DNA of 62,652 bases, the filler included, from Sphacelaria rigidula (taxonomy: Eukaryota): NCBI GenBank assembly GCA_964200075.2. It is 10 parts of 10 records of this genome, joined end to end, with 100 filler letters (N's around TTAATTAATTAA, not from the genome) between each part and the next. Parts side by side here need not be neighbours in the genome. Positions count along the whole stretch, not along the records: positions 31,379 to 37,553 come from CAXNAA020021733.1; positions 37,654 to 43,828 come from CAXNAA020021734.1; positions 43,929 to 50,103 come from CAXNAA020021735.1; positions 50,204 to 56,378 come from CAXNAA020021736.1; 6 more parts are not named here. The stretch is one strand, 5' to 3'. This document shows, in pieces, positions 37,308 through 50,289 of this stretch. Under the pieces are notes generated by a model. The model had not been told where the DNA came from. It saw only the letters and a program-made list of their open reading frames with translations, and did no database searches. Every line of letters begins with the position of its first letter. The stretch's first letter is position 1. Both the position numbers and the translations under genes were made by a program.

Positions 37308-39340
37308 CTGTTGCCCGTTTTTCATTCGACGGCGGGAAAGGGAGTAGGGTGGGCGGGAGGCGAAGGGCGCAGAGTCTCGAGTCAGAATTATGATATGCTG
37401 GAGGGGACCAATACCCCATCTCTGGATGAGTTGACAAAAACATACACAAGTTCGGAAGGTGCTTTGTGATGGAGGCATCGTGCCATCAATGTTTCAAGGG
37501 TCGGACAAATAATGATTCATCTGAAAATTACTTGGTTTTAGAATGATGAGTCGNNNNNNNNNNNNNNNNNNNNNNNNNNNNNNNNNNNNNNNNNNNNTTA
37601 ATTAATTAANNNNNNNNNNNNNNNNNNNNNNNNNNNNNNNNNNNNNNNNNNNNACACGTCATTCCTAACCAACCTCATTGGTCGTTCTGGAGACCCGGCC
37701 CAAAAAGGGTTAAAAACCGTTCCGATATCTACGCAGTACTCTGTGCTGGGCATCTGGCGCGGACGTCTTCCGTGGTCACAGGCTAACTACCACAGGCTAG
37801 GGTAAAAGATAATCATACAAGAAAATCGGACCCAGAAACAAATCACACAAACGCGATACAAAAGGAATATAAACAAACATGAAATGAAAATACTGGAAAA
37901 GAATAAAAAGAGGAAGGAAAAAGGACTACTGCAAGCCCTCTCTGAGTTCCGATGCCATATGCGATCATTCGGGCTTCTCGAGGCAGGGTCCATTGGTCCA
38001 TTCAACACTTGAGGCTAAACAGGAAGGGAGCCAAACTCGAGAGCCACGATCACCAGCCAAGGCTATAAGAATCGCAGGGTTCCAACCTTGTTCCTCTGGA
38101 GGGACAGCTATGCGTACGAATATACTAGACATAACAGGAAAAGCACCACATGACAACACACGCCACCTCGGGGGGGAGGGGTGCGTTGGAGCCAGCAGTT
38201 GGTAGAAAACGAATACAAGGGGGGACAATGGGGGTCCTGCCACTTCCGCCATTTTCAGTTCGGTACAAGCTGGTTACGCATTCTTCCATCTCCTCCTTCC
38301 TCTCCTAAAAGTAGTGCTGTGCAAAATATGTGTGTGCACGAGTAGGCGATTGACTATGCGGTGGAGCCGTTTGGGGTAATGGGTTGTGGTCGTGAGGAAT
38401 GCAGAACACCGACAATTTACTGGCGAACAATGATGTAGTATCACGTGTCTTGCGGGGATGGCGTCGCGCGGGGGAAGGCAGTCGCGGCATGCTGTGTTCT
38501 TCGACGTATCTCGGTGTGTGGCGTTGGGCGGGTCACCCCATGAGTGAGGTTTAAAACTGTATTGAACTCTTCCAGAACCCTCTCAGCACGGTTTATCCTA
38601 GTAAAAGGCGAGCGTAAAGTTCGGGATGCGAAAGGATCGGAGTGACTGCCAGACGAGACGGAATCTCGGCGTATACCACCCAACTCCGAAAAAGCCCGTC
38701 GTCCAGAGTCCACAAACAAGAATTTGTTCGCGTCTAACCACACCCCGGACAATACGTGGTCACTAGTTGCAATGTAAGTAACATGTACCGTACGTTTAGG
38801 CCTATTGCAATTTCAACCTCGCATCCCTACGAAGCCGGGACGGAGCCCGCGGGTTTTCCTAGGACCAGGCTCACAATCACCACGCGCGAAGCGCCGTAAC
38901 GTGTTCGGCGAGTCGCCTGAGGGGTGAACTACAACCTGAAAAAATTATTCGACCGAAACGTGCCACGAGTGTTACTGCATAAGCATCTTGCACATGGATG
39001 ACAGCCTCCAATGAGTTTCTTCGTTCTCTAGTATTGCCACTTCCATAGACAGAGCCACTCAATACACTGCCTCATGGATGCCCCCCTATTTCAACACTGC
39101 GCGGTACGATGATCCCCTCTGCGCGGAGTTGAGCTTCTCCCACCCCGCATAATATGATCGATGACCATCATGGTTACCGCAAAAAACGCAAAGGGGGGGG
39201 GCGGGGCGGGGGGCGGTGATCTGGTTGCCCAGCTCACGCGGTGAGTGGCGTGTTTTACAGCGTCATTGCCAACCGACGCCGACCGTTGAAGGGATGAGGA
39301 TAAGGGGGAGGGGGGGAATCCAAACCGTTGTCTACACTAA

Positions 39341-41835
39341 ACGAGTCATTTGATCTCAGAGTGAAAAGGCAGGTTACTTGAATTGAGTATGAATGAACAA
39401 AGTCGCTTCATCCAAGACTACCTGAGGCAAATTACTTGATCAAAGTATGGGTGAAACAACGTCACTTGAGGTAAGACTACCTTAGGCGAGTTGCTTCTAC
39501 TGGGTACGGGTGAAGTACGTCACTTGATTTCAGACTAGCTGAGGCAAGTTACTTGAACTGAGTAAAGGTGAACCATGTCACTTGATTATAGAGTGCCTGA
39601 GACAATTTACTTGATGAGAGTGTAGGTGAAACAGGTCGCTGTATTTTAAATTAGCTGGGGCGAGTTACTTGAACAGAGGACAGGTTAACCCTGTGACTTG
39701 ATTCGACGCAAGTTGGGGCAAGTTACTAGAGCCGAGTACAGGGGGAAAACGTCACCTGATACCAGGTTGGGGGAGGCAAGTTACTTGATAAGAGTACATG
39801 TGAAACAGGTCGCTTGATGTAGAGGAGCTGAGGCGAGTTACTTGAACTGAGTACGGGTGTACCACGGCAACTGATACCAGATTAGGTTAGACAAGTTACT
39901 AGATAAGAAAGCATAGGTGAAACACGTCACTTGCTATTAGAGTACTGAGTGGGGTTATTTGATCGTTTGGTTTACACCTCGTTGGTGAGACAAGATACTT
40001 GAACTATACACAGCTGCTGCGATAGGCTGTGGCGACAGTCTCACACCTGCGGCATGCTAAAAGGTCGAAAACGTGGGGAGGTTTTCAGTTTTTTCAACTT
40101 TCACTGGTGTATGTTGTCACGATAGATTGAACCACCGAAACAAACTGTCAAGTCGTCAAATTCGTACAGGTAATATAGATAATTGTAGAAAAAAAGGCAA
40201 AACCGAAAATATTATCAGCCAGGGGTGGGGGGGGGGGGGGGGGGGGGGGTTTTTGGGCCCACAGCCCATTGTTTCCAGTGTTGGCAGAAAACTTTTTNNN
40301 NNNNNNNAAAAAAATAGGAAAAAAAGGGAGAGCGAGAGTGGTGGGGGGGTTTTGGGTCGTGCAGGGGGGGGGTTGGTTTGGTGCTGAGGTTTTTGGGCCC
40401 ACAGCCCATTGTTTCCATTGTTTGCATAATACTATTTCTGCACTAATTCATATGCAAAGGAGTCACTTGATTCAAGTAGAGGAAACAAGCTACATGAAAC
40501 GAGTATAGGTGAAACGAGTAACTTGATATTAGGCTATTAACTGAGGCACATTACTTGGACTGAGTATGGGCGAACCAAGTCACTTTATTTTAGAACAGCT
40601 GAGGAAATTTACATGAACCAAGTATGGTGGACCCAAGTTACTTTTTCTCAGTGTGAATAAACAAATGCACTTGATCTTGGACCAGCTGAGGCAAGTTACT
40701 TTAACCAAGTACGGGTGAACCGATTCACTTGATGTGAGATCAGCTGAGGCGGGTTACTTGATTCAAGAGTAGAAAGGTCAAGATACAAGAACACGGTATG
40801 GGGGCAACCAAGTGACTTGCTCTTAGACTAGTTGAGGCAAGTTGCTTGAACTGAGCATAGGTGGACCAAGTGACTTGATCCTAATATTGTTGCTTTGATA
40901 ATGAGGCACGCTAATTGAAATGAGCACAGCTGCTGCAGCGAAACAGACCAAAATTTGACACTCCCGATTGCTGCGATCTGCTACATCAACTATTATACAT
41001 GCAGAAAACGACGATAGCAACCCTGTTCTCGGCCTGATTCCCTCTGCATTCCCGCAAGCGCGCAAGCGAGTCACGTTACAAAACCATTTAGCACTCTATC
41101 GTGGATGCTGTGATGTGATTTCTCACCATTGAGCGGCCACGGCACTTTTCCATCTTGTCGCGATAGAGCTACGAAAACAAACTGTCAACAACTTCTCCAA
41201 CTTGTCCACCAACAATAGATGTTTTTTAGGGAGGGGGGTGTACTCGTGATCTTGTGTGCCGTGGTCACAAGACCATTGACCTTGCCTCCCTACAAAGCCG
41301 GGACGGAGCACGATCATTATCGATGGGGGGGGGTTCGACACCATCGTTTCCATTTCCGTCGCTCCATAGAGGTATACTGAATCATACAGGAAGCTAGTTC
41401 CACACTAATCTCCAAATGACACGAGTTACTGGATTTGAGTGTGGCCAACGCAAGTTAATTGAACTCAGCGTAGGTTCACCAAGTGACTTGATCTTGGACT
41501 ACCTAACGCGAGTTATTTTAACTGGTGAACGGTTGATCCTGCGTTTGGTGTTTGGCTCGTAAGGCGGGATATTTGAACTGAGTAACTGAGTACGGCTGCT
41601 TAAGCAAAAAAGACTGAAATTTGACACTCTTGATTGTCGTGATCAGCTACATCAACCACACTAGTTCCTACACGAAACGAGTTACTTAACTTGAGAGCAA
41701 CTGAGGTAAGTTACTTGAATTGAGTATGAGTGAAAAATTCACTTCATCTTAGACTAGCTGAGGCAAAAGTTACTTGCCTTTAGGCAAGCCGAGGCAAGTC
41801 ACTTGCAATGAGTAGAGGTGAAACAAGTCGCTTGA
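39341..41835. repeat. Degenerate ~58-bp satellite (two ~29-bp subunits) in blocks 39341-39960, 40458-40880 and 41420-41835
   Basis: Consensus approx. GAGGCAAGTTACTTGAACTGAGTATGGGTGAAACAAGTCACTTGATCTTAGACTAGCT, with a 58-59 nt period. Confidence 0.88.
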
Positions 41836-43003
41836 TGTTGCTGGAGGTGTCGAATTCCGGCCAAGTGTACATTTCGGAGCCAGACATTTTGACGTAGATG
41901 AGGCCCGGAGTCCGCACACGACAGAGGCGACAGGTGGGCTTTATTTCAGTATTGCTCGGCATTGCTGGCATTGGCTTGATGGACCGGTTCCATGAATCTG
42001 AGAAGAAGTTCTACCTTCGAGGTCGTATATATTGCGATTCTCATCATCAGCTACATCAGGCATAAAACATATAGTGCGCACAATAACTACGATAGCAACC
42101 ATATTTCGGCCTGGTTCTCCCTGCAGTCGTGCAAACAATTTGAAAATCTAAAATTTTTAATTTTACTGTGCCACACTATCGTGGATGCCGAAATGCAGTG
42201 TAGTGCAGTACAATCGAATGGCCACAGTCCGTTGCATCTTGTTACGATATATAGTCCACCGAAAGTGGTTGAGTCGGCGAATGCGTCCAAAAGCAAGAGG
42301 AAATTAAAGGGGAAAACACGACGACCAAAACATTTTTTTTAAGCCCGCCAAAGGGGAGGAGCGGGAGGTTGGGCGTTGGGGGGTGGGAGGATGGGGTTAC
42401 TCATAATCTTGCATGTTGTAGTGATGAGACCACTAACCTCGCATCCCTACAAAGCCGGGACGGAACACGCCGTGTTTTCGCCGGACCAAGCTCAGGGGGT
42501 GTTAGGGTTCGACAGGAAATTTCGTTTGCTACCCTTGCCGCCAGGGGGGCACACTAACAGCAGTACAGGCTGGGCCGCCTAAAAAGCGGACTTTCCTTCA
42601 GCCGGTTCTAACCGACGATCTATCGCGAGTTGTGTCTACTATGACACTTCGTGGTAATCTGCAAATCAACGCGCGTCCTTCACTTCACGTAGCACTGCGA
42701 TCTGACAAATTCCCATCAAACGAAATACCAAACTGTCAACTACGAAGTGTAGAGAGTTGAGGGTGGAATGTGGGGCGGAATTAGGGGGGGGAAACGGCTG
42801 AAATCGCACTCACGGTTACAATCGGTTGTGCCGCGGCCGCAAAGTGATGGTGCTGCACTAGTTGTGCTTGTACAACAATGCATGTCCTACTGTAGGTGCG
42901 CAGGGTCTGAGACGGCACGCAGACGAGACCTCCAGCGCCCCAAGGCGTCAGGCTTGTAGGAAACGTCAAAGTTCCGGCTGAGGTCGTTGTACACTAAAAG
43001 CAA

Positions 43004-43690
43004 GTGAACCGGTTCTCGACAGAAAAACGCGATTTAACTGCTCAATTTCAAGTCGTTTTCCATGAAATTTTGACACGATATATATTGGGTATATCTGAAG
43101 CCCCTACAGTTTGCCCCCCTTCGATTATTTTTTTTCCTCGTGAGTTTTTGGTGATATGAATTTCGGAACAATCTTTCCGGATACAAAAGCGTCGAAAACT
43201 CATTGAAAAAACAAAAGATGTCAAGGGGAGGGGGGGGGGGGGGGGGGGGGGGCAATAGGGACTTCACAACATATCTCATGCGCATCGTGTCGATATTTTG
43301 TGGAAAATACGTGAAATTAAACAGCATGATCGTGTTTCATTTTCTCGTGTCTGGTCCATCTCCACACAGGAACCGGTCTTTGACCCGAACACACGATGTA
43401 GCAACTCAATTTTGGATCGTTTTCTATGAGATTTTGACACGATGTACAGGATGCATCTGCGAAGACTCCACCTTATGCCCCCTACATTTCGTTTTTTTTT
43501 TCTCCGTGAGTTATCGGCGACCAAACATTTCACAACAGTTTATTTCGCAACACAACCGTGAATAACTTCCGAAAAAACTGAAAAAATGTAGGGGGCAGAA
43601 AAGGAGTCTTCGTACATACGTTTTGTACATCGTGTCAAAATTTCATAGAGAACGGCCCAAAATCGAGCTGCTGAATCGCGTGTTCACATC
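43004..43690. repeat. Element built from ~150-bp units in direct and inverted arrangement
   Basis: 43006-43145 and 43370-43510 are direct repeats. 43570-43685 is the inverted copy (TGAAATTTTGACACGAT / ATCGTGTCAAAATTTCA). Confidence 0.7.
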
Positions 43691-43928
43691 CCTGTCCGCG
43701 TCTTGGGCGGCCCAGTCTGTACATCATATCATATTCAAAACCGATCACTTCATCCACCCACTGACGATGCCGTGGCTGTCTCTGGAAGTGGCGATACCAC
43801 AGAATAAAGCAACTCATTGTTGGCTGCCNNNNNNNNNNNNNNNNNNNNNNNNNNNNNNNNNNNNNNNNNNNNTTAATTAATTAANNNNNNNNNNNNNNNN
43901 NNNNNNNNNNNNNNNNNNNNNNNNNNNN

Positions 43929-45412
43929 AATACTCATTGGCGAAACTTCACGCCGTTTTCAGGAGTTCGATCCTCAAAAATTGCACAGGTGTTGTATGGG
44001 TTATTACGCAACTTTGTATGGACGAGGTTATTCTACTTCTGGAGTTTTCACCGTTTTTCCGGGGTCCTAGTTATTTCGGGGAAACTTCGATCCAGTCGGA
44101 CCCCGTGAAACGGTAAAGAACAAAATAAAAAATAAAACTTCGTCCATACGAGGTTGCGTAATGACCCATGGAACACCTGTGCGAAATTTCAGGGTCTAAC
44201 TCCTAAAAACGGCGTGAAGGTTTTCGCGTTTGTGCGATGAACCTTGCCGTGCCAAGGTGAAACGGCAAACTACTAGAGCTTAGTATAAAAATGGCGTTTT
44301 TCCGTCTTTTTCGACGTGAACATGAAAACCCAAGCACTAGTTAATCGAATGTGGCCACGAAATTTTGTGACATTTTTCCTTGGGCTTTGCGGCGGCAGAG
44401 CTTCCGCGAATAAAATGAAAAAAAGACTGTAGTGTCGGTTTTCCGGGGTCCCAGAATAGATGACTTCGAAAAACGACTTGGATCCCGTCGGACCCCCGAA
44501 AAACGGTAAAAATTCAAGAACTAGAAAAACCTCGTTGATCGAAACTTGCGTAGTGATCCATAGCACATTTGTATAAAGTTTCAGGGTCTAACTCCTAATA
44601 AATGCGTGAAGATTTGCGCGTTTGTGCCAGGATGTGAGCTTAAAACGTGCAAACTCCTAACTACTTGGTGTGAGTATTAAAACATATTTAGGGTGAATTT
44701 TACGTCAAGGCAGGAGAACTTGTGTGAGACTTTCGAGTTTATCCACCAAAAATTCTACATGTGATCCTTGGACCATCCTGGGACGCATCATGTTCTTATT
44801 TTTCTTTCGAGGTATTTTGTACCGCCTTCCGGGGATCTTTGTACTGAGACCGGTAGAGAATGGAATTACTTTGAACCCTTGCCAACAACACAATTTTTCC
44901 ATTTGGAGCATCAATACGTACGGAACTGCCAAGTTTGAGGATGATCTGGGCTTTTCTACGATAGACGTAAGGGAAATCGTCGCGAGGCTCCCTGGGTCTT
45001 TCCTGCGTACCATGAGTGGATATTAGACAACGCCAAACTCCACATCACCGAAACATTACGGTTTCGGGTATAATTCGACCCCTTCGGAACCGTTTTTAAA
45101 TCCGTTTCTCCCGTTAGATTCTTGAGGTGATGACGGTCACTACGATTTGAAGCATGCGGAAATTCGGTGGAAATTGGGCTTGGAATTCGTATTTTCAATT
45201 TCGGAACAGCTTGAAGGGCGCTGATTGATCGAGACACATTTTTGTCCATAGCGCCACCGCTGTACTGTAGCCTTCAAAACAAATCCGGCTATGTCACCCT
45301 CTTCGTCTGGTCATTGCGGTCAGTATGATACCATGTGTACGACTATTGGGTGCGTATTGCAGAAGGCATTTGCTGATGACAGAATTTGGGTTTTCTTCCG
45401 TGAACCAGCCTG
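43929..45412. mobile_element. Second copy of the 1.5-kb Tc1/mariner-type element (left end cut by contig start)
   Basis: Aligns along its length with 28555-30041 and ends TTCCGTGAACCAGCCTG|TA. Confidence 0.88.
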
Positions 45413-48013
45413 TACCGTCACCAAAATATCGGGACTCTTTGCAACTCGGGAGGAAGCGGGAATTATGCGAGATTAGATTATGCACAAAAAAATGGCCATG
45501 TCGGGATTGCAACTCGTGACTTGTGTAACGGCAGGCTTTTTCATCAGTTCGACCATCGGGGCGCAGCCGCGTCACACGAAAAGTGCCCGGCTGCGCCTAA
45601 TTTACAGAGTTTTTGGTCGAAGTTTCACTCATATCTGCTGCACGCAAGCACGCACAACACTTTTGGGGATGCCGCCGTATTCCTTTAGTTTTCACGGAGT
45701 TACAAGGGTCTGTGTCAAAAACAAATCGGGACAAGTAGGCCTCAAGATCGAAAATTCGAGTTTTCCAGTGGGGGGGGTACCCAGCTCGCTGTCCCCTAGT
45801 TTATTGCCGAGGCGTTGGCAGATGCGGTCAGCAGCCGTGTACAGAGGGCCTTGCCATGGAGACCGCTGATATGACGGACACACCACCCCTCTAAGGTCAT
45901 CACCTACGATAATTACATTTATGGGATCATGTTCCGTGTCGTATGCCTCGACTTCCTCCCACTAGTCAAGGCGAATTCGGCGAGGCATGAGAGAATGTTG
46001 CTACTTTCGCTAGAGGCTGTCGCTGCCGTGCGCTCGTGTATTGTACAAAGGTGTATGTGAGCGTTGCCGGCATCCGAGGTCATCGGGGCAAAGCGGGCAA
46101 GACGCAGAAGCAAATATACGAACCTCGCAAAGCCCGGTAGACCTTTCGGTTTTTGTCAGTGTTTGATCAATTTCTTTCAACAATATAAAAAAAAAAAATT
46201 AAAAAATCATACCAATTTGAAAAAAAACCTCTGCCAGAGGCGGGGGGATGGGGAGTGGGGGGGGACTCCGTGTCCTAAAAATTTCCCTCGACAGACCCTT
46301 GGAAGTTATGGCATTTTTCCAGCTTTTGCTGAAACTTCAAATAGCTCTAACGGTCTGCTGTTGTTTTTTTCCCTTGGCATCCCCCGACATATTGCGCGTG
46401 TTGATGATCAAAACGTCGTGTCAAATTCAGCGCATTACTCCACGAATTACCCACAGTCGGGTCCGGAAACATTCAGCTGGCCCAGCTCGTAGCCCATCTC
46501 AGTCCATCTGACGGGGGATTCGCAGTCGAAGGGTCAAGGCATATTTCGTATTTCGGATAAGACAGGAAAACCGGCCTTGTATCCAAAGAAAGAGTCACAA
46601 GGGAATCTAGGCGGCCATATATCTCAACCGGCGTTATTGAAAGCGGCCTTATATGGGGTCACCTGCTGTAGGGTGTTGTGGAGCATGCGACATGGCCAAG
46701 TGAGGCGCACTCAAGGTTGCTTGTAGGCACAGAACGGCATCATTCAGACAACAACGATGTGGTCCATGAAAACCAATCGTATTCAAGCGCAGCCATTCCT
46801 GCTGCTGTATCAGGCCGCATCTGCCACTTCCCGCAACAGACGTTACTGCCCTGCCCTGCACTGCTGTTCCTGTCACGTGTGGAACACGTTATGTGGTACG
46901 AAACCACAGGTGACGGGGTATATCACCCCCCTGCAGCGGCGATGATCCCCATCCTTGTTTTTCTCGAGGGGGGGGTCTTACATTACACTACGGCCATGTT
47001 TTATCAAAGTCAACCGACCAAATATCTACAGTATCTCGTATTCCCATGATATGGTCATTGATCCTAGTCAAGAAATACCAGGCAGTTCATAGCACGCGCG
47101 TGATATTGTCCGCCCGCTAGACCACCCCACAGGGACGTGCTTCAATCCGTCTCACCTGTGTACCTAGTGAGTCAAGATGGGATGGTGATGTTATCTTTGC
47201 TTGCTCTCAAAAATCAATCCAACGCCAATATCAGATCTATCTCCCCTGTCGCCTCTACCCATTCCCTGCGCCTCCGCTTCGCCGAGGCCGAAGTCGTAGT
47301 TGGGTTCCCGGCCAGTAGGGACAGAACAGTGTAATGTATAATCTCCGTGTTGAATTCAGGCAATCCCATTGAATTAAATTATACATACCAGAAGTCATTT
47401 TCTGCATCACGAGCTGCAAAGATGTGAACCCATGGAACCAGGAACTTTCGCCCACCTAGGTTTTCGTGCAGCACCAAGAGAGTGGCGTTCCAACCGCTTC
47501 ATTTTTTACATAATTCACCATAGATTTCATTACACTTGACTCGCATACCGTTTATGTTGTTCCAGTAGAGCCCAGCCAGATCCGCGCAGTCAGCTGATAA
47601 AGTGAGCTAAGTGTCATACCCTTTGGCACTTACTGTGGGGTAGATTGTGGATCTTCCTCCAATTCATCTTGTTTTTGCTGTGTTCCATCGGCGGTCAAGG
47701 GTTGCGACAGTTGACCCGATCAGCACTGCTATGACAGCTTGGCGACATCGCACTATCTGCTCAGGGATGATTCGAGCGATATAAAATCATACTGAGTTAT
47801 TGTGATGCGCACTCCTGCTCTGCTCCAGAGTGGGAACAGCTTTCACTGAACGCTGGATATTATACGGCATACACTACACTATGATGTACTTTCCCGCCCG
47901 TCCCGTACAACAAGTCCAGCTGCGCTTTTGTATGGTCTAGAATCGTGCCCATACTTCGTCAACACCTCGTGTTTGCATAGCACTAGGTTGGGAAAAGGTC
48001 TAAAAAGCACAGC

Positions 48014-48033
48014 ATGGTGAAACGCGGGGTGCA

Positions 48034-48073
<40 letters not shown>

Positions 48074-48397
48074 CACAGTCAAGTTCTTCTCGGCGATCTA
48101 ACTTGGGTCATAGAAGTATCCCTCGTGATAGCCTTCGCTACAGCGATTCACCTCCTCAGACACAGAAGCATCACGGTAGCGACCCTGGCGCACGCTCTGT
48201 CATTGATATTTCTGGTGGTCACAGCCGGCCACTTCATCGAGGTTCACATCATGGGTATTGACGCTGTGGAAGAGTTGGTGCGGGGGTACCCAACTGCCCA
48301 TCTTCGGAATGGAAAGATTGCGGCGGACTGGTCTAAGGCGGCGATACTATCCATCGCGGCATTTGCGGCTCTAGGTGAAGTTGCCCTGTCAGGATAG
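48014..48397 (+). CDS. Possible exon of a membrane protein with N-terminal polyQ
   Basis: ATG, then (CAG)n, then three hydrophobic segments in a 127-codon open frame. No family recognised. Confidence 0.3.
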
Positions 48398-50289
48398 TGT
48401 AGCAAGTACGGCAAGAGTACCGTGGTCACAAAATAAGTACGGAGTGATCCAACGATACAAGGGGTGTACTCAGTATCTTGCATGCTGCAGTCATATGATC
48501 ATTGACCTCGCGTCCCCACAAAGCCGGGACGGAGCACGCCGGGTTTCCGCCGGACCGCTCGCATTCAATCACCAAGCGCGAAGCGCCGTGATGATGTGTT
48601 CGGCGAGTCGCATGAAGGGTGACGTATATCCTGCGAAGATTTGGGAGGAGGGTTGAGTGCACGAAAGTCAGGGGCCAATGGGTGTGTCAGACCACTCAAC
48701 ACACTCACGGTACGTTTAATTTGGTTGAAACGATGTCGAGTAGTATGAATGAATTTGTCTTGCTAATAAAAAGAAGGTCAATATACAAAAAAGGGCACAC
48801 CCTGGTGCTTTTGTAGCAAAAAAGGGTAGCGCATTTTTCGCTTTGGGGCGCGGCACTGCACGCTGGCTGAACACCTCGAAAACACATTCCAGCGCCCCAG
48901 CCCCACGCCCAAGGTCCCTGGGCAGCATACCCGATCATTTTGTTTCACTTTCACAAGTGTTACTGGGCTGAACTACTGCGCCGAAAATGAGAGCCTGTGA
49001 GAGTACCCTGTTTTGTAAACAAAACAGGAGGGTACACCCTGCCCTCTGCTAAAAAGTTATATCTACCCTTTTTGTATTACTGTTGCCCCTTTTCTGTCAA
49101 GTGGTGACCCTTTTTTGTGAAGTGGTGGCCGCACCGCCGTCTCAGCGCAAGTTACGCCGAGCAGTCACAACCATAGCCATTTTCGGTAAAACTGCACCCC
49201 GCCCAAAAAGGCCGAAACCCGACGACCAGAAGAGTGTAGCCCCCTGTTGATTGGCCCGAAGACCCGGAAGAACCAACGATGCAAACAAAGGCCCCTTGTG
49301 TGCCGGACCTCACGAAGATCCAACGAACAGGGGTGAACATCTTGCCGACACACCAATCCGAACGGCATCATGCGGGGGCGGCAGCGTCAGACCGTTGCCG
49401 GAGCTGCAATTTGCCGCTCGGAAACGGAGATAGACACCAACCGGATTTCGGATTGGAGCAAGAACGCCTGAGTCCAACACCGTAGACTGTACGAGCAGCT
49501 GTCTTCCTCTCATCGCAAAACACGCTCCCTCCGACCACAACTCGGAATACCCAGAGGTGTGAGACCGACGCGCCACAACTCAAGCAACACTTTCAGAAAA
49601 CCTTCAGATTATCATGAGCAGCAAATATCAACACGCTACACCGCCGCGGAGTAATGACAATGCCCCCCACGAATGGTGTTACGCTGTCAGGCGGCGCCGA
49701 TCATTCCCTTGGCAGTAAATTGTTCACCTGGGCCCACCCCCAGAGAAACGGAGATTCACCGGCTCTGAGTATCGATTCATTATGGAAGGGTCGAAGACGT
49801 GGGCCAGATCTGCGTAGTCGCATGCACCGCCTTGTGGACACAGTCAAACGTCGACTATTCCGTTGTTCGTGTATGTTGTATTTTCGAACCCGATTTACCC
49901 TGTGCGCATTCTGCATCCGGTTATGCAGGACTAAGTCCAGTGAAAGTACCGTATGCACAAGTTTGACTCTTGTCAACACAGACGTGCCTCGCGTAGGGTC
50001 AGATGGACGATGCTGCATCTGGGTTTCATAAAAGCCGTTTCATCACTGCACAGATAACAGCCGATTTTATATTTTGGGGTTCATACAAAATATGGGGCTG
50101 AAGNNNNNNNNNNNNNNNNNNNNNNNNNNNNNNNNNNNNNNNNNNNNTTAATTAATTAANNNNNNNNNNNNNNNNNNNNNNNNNNNNNNNNNNNNNNNNN
50201 NNNGGCTTTCCACATTTCGATTTACGTGAACATTTTGCCTCCCGAAACCATGCACTTTTGGGGGGGGGGGCTATCGTAGAAAATGTCAC

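Noticed and set aside
40240..40420. Direct repeat around a 10-N gap (similar case near 54920)
   Set aside because: Most likely a scaffolding overlap artefact next to homopolymers.
41898..42982. Small two-exon membrane-protein gene (MRPGVRTRQRRQVGFISVLLGIAGIG...)
   Set aside because: The splice phase fits, but it is very short, embedded in repeats and has no recognisable homology.
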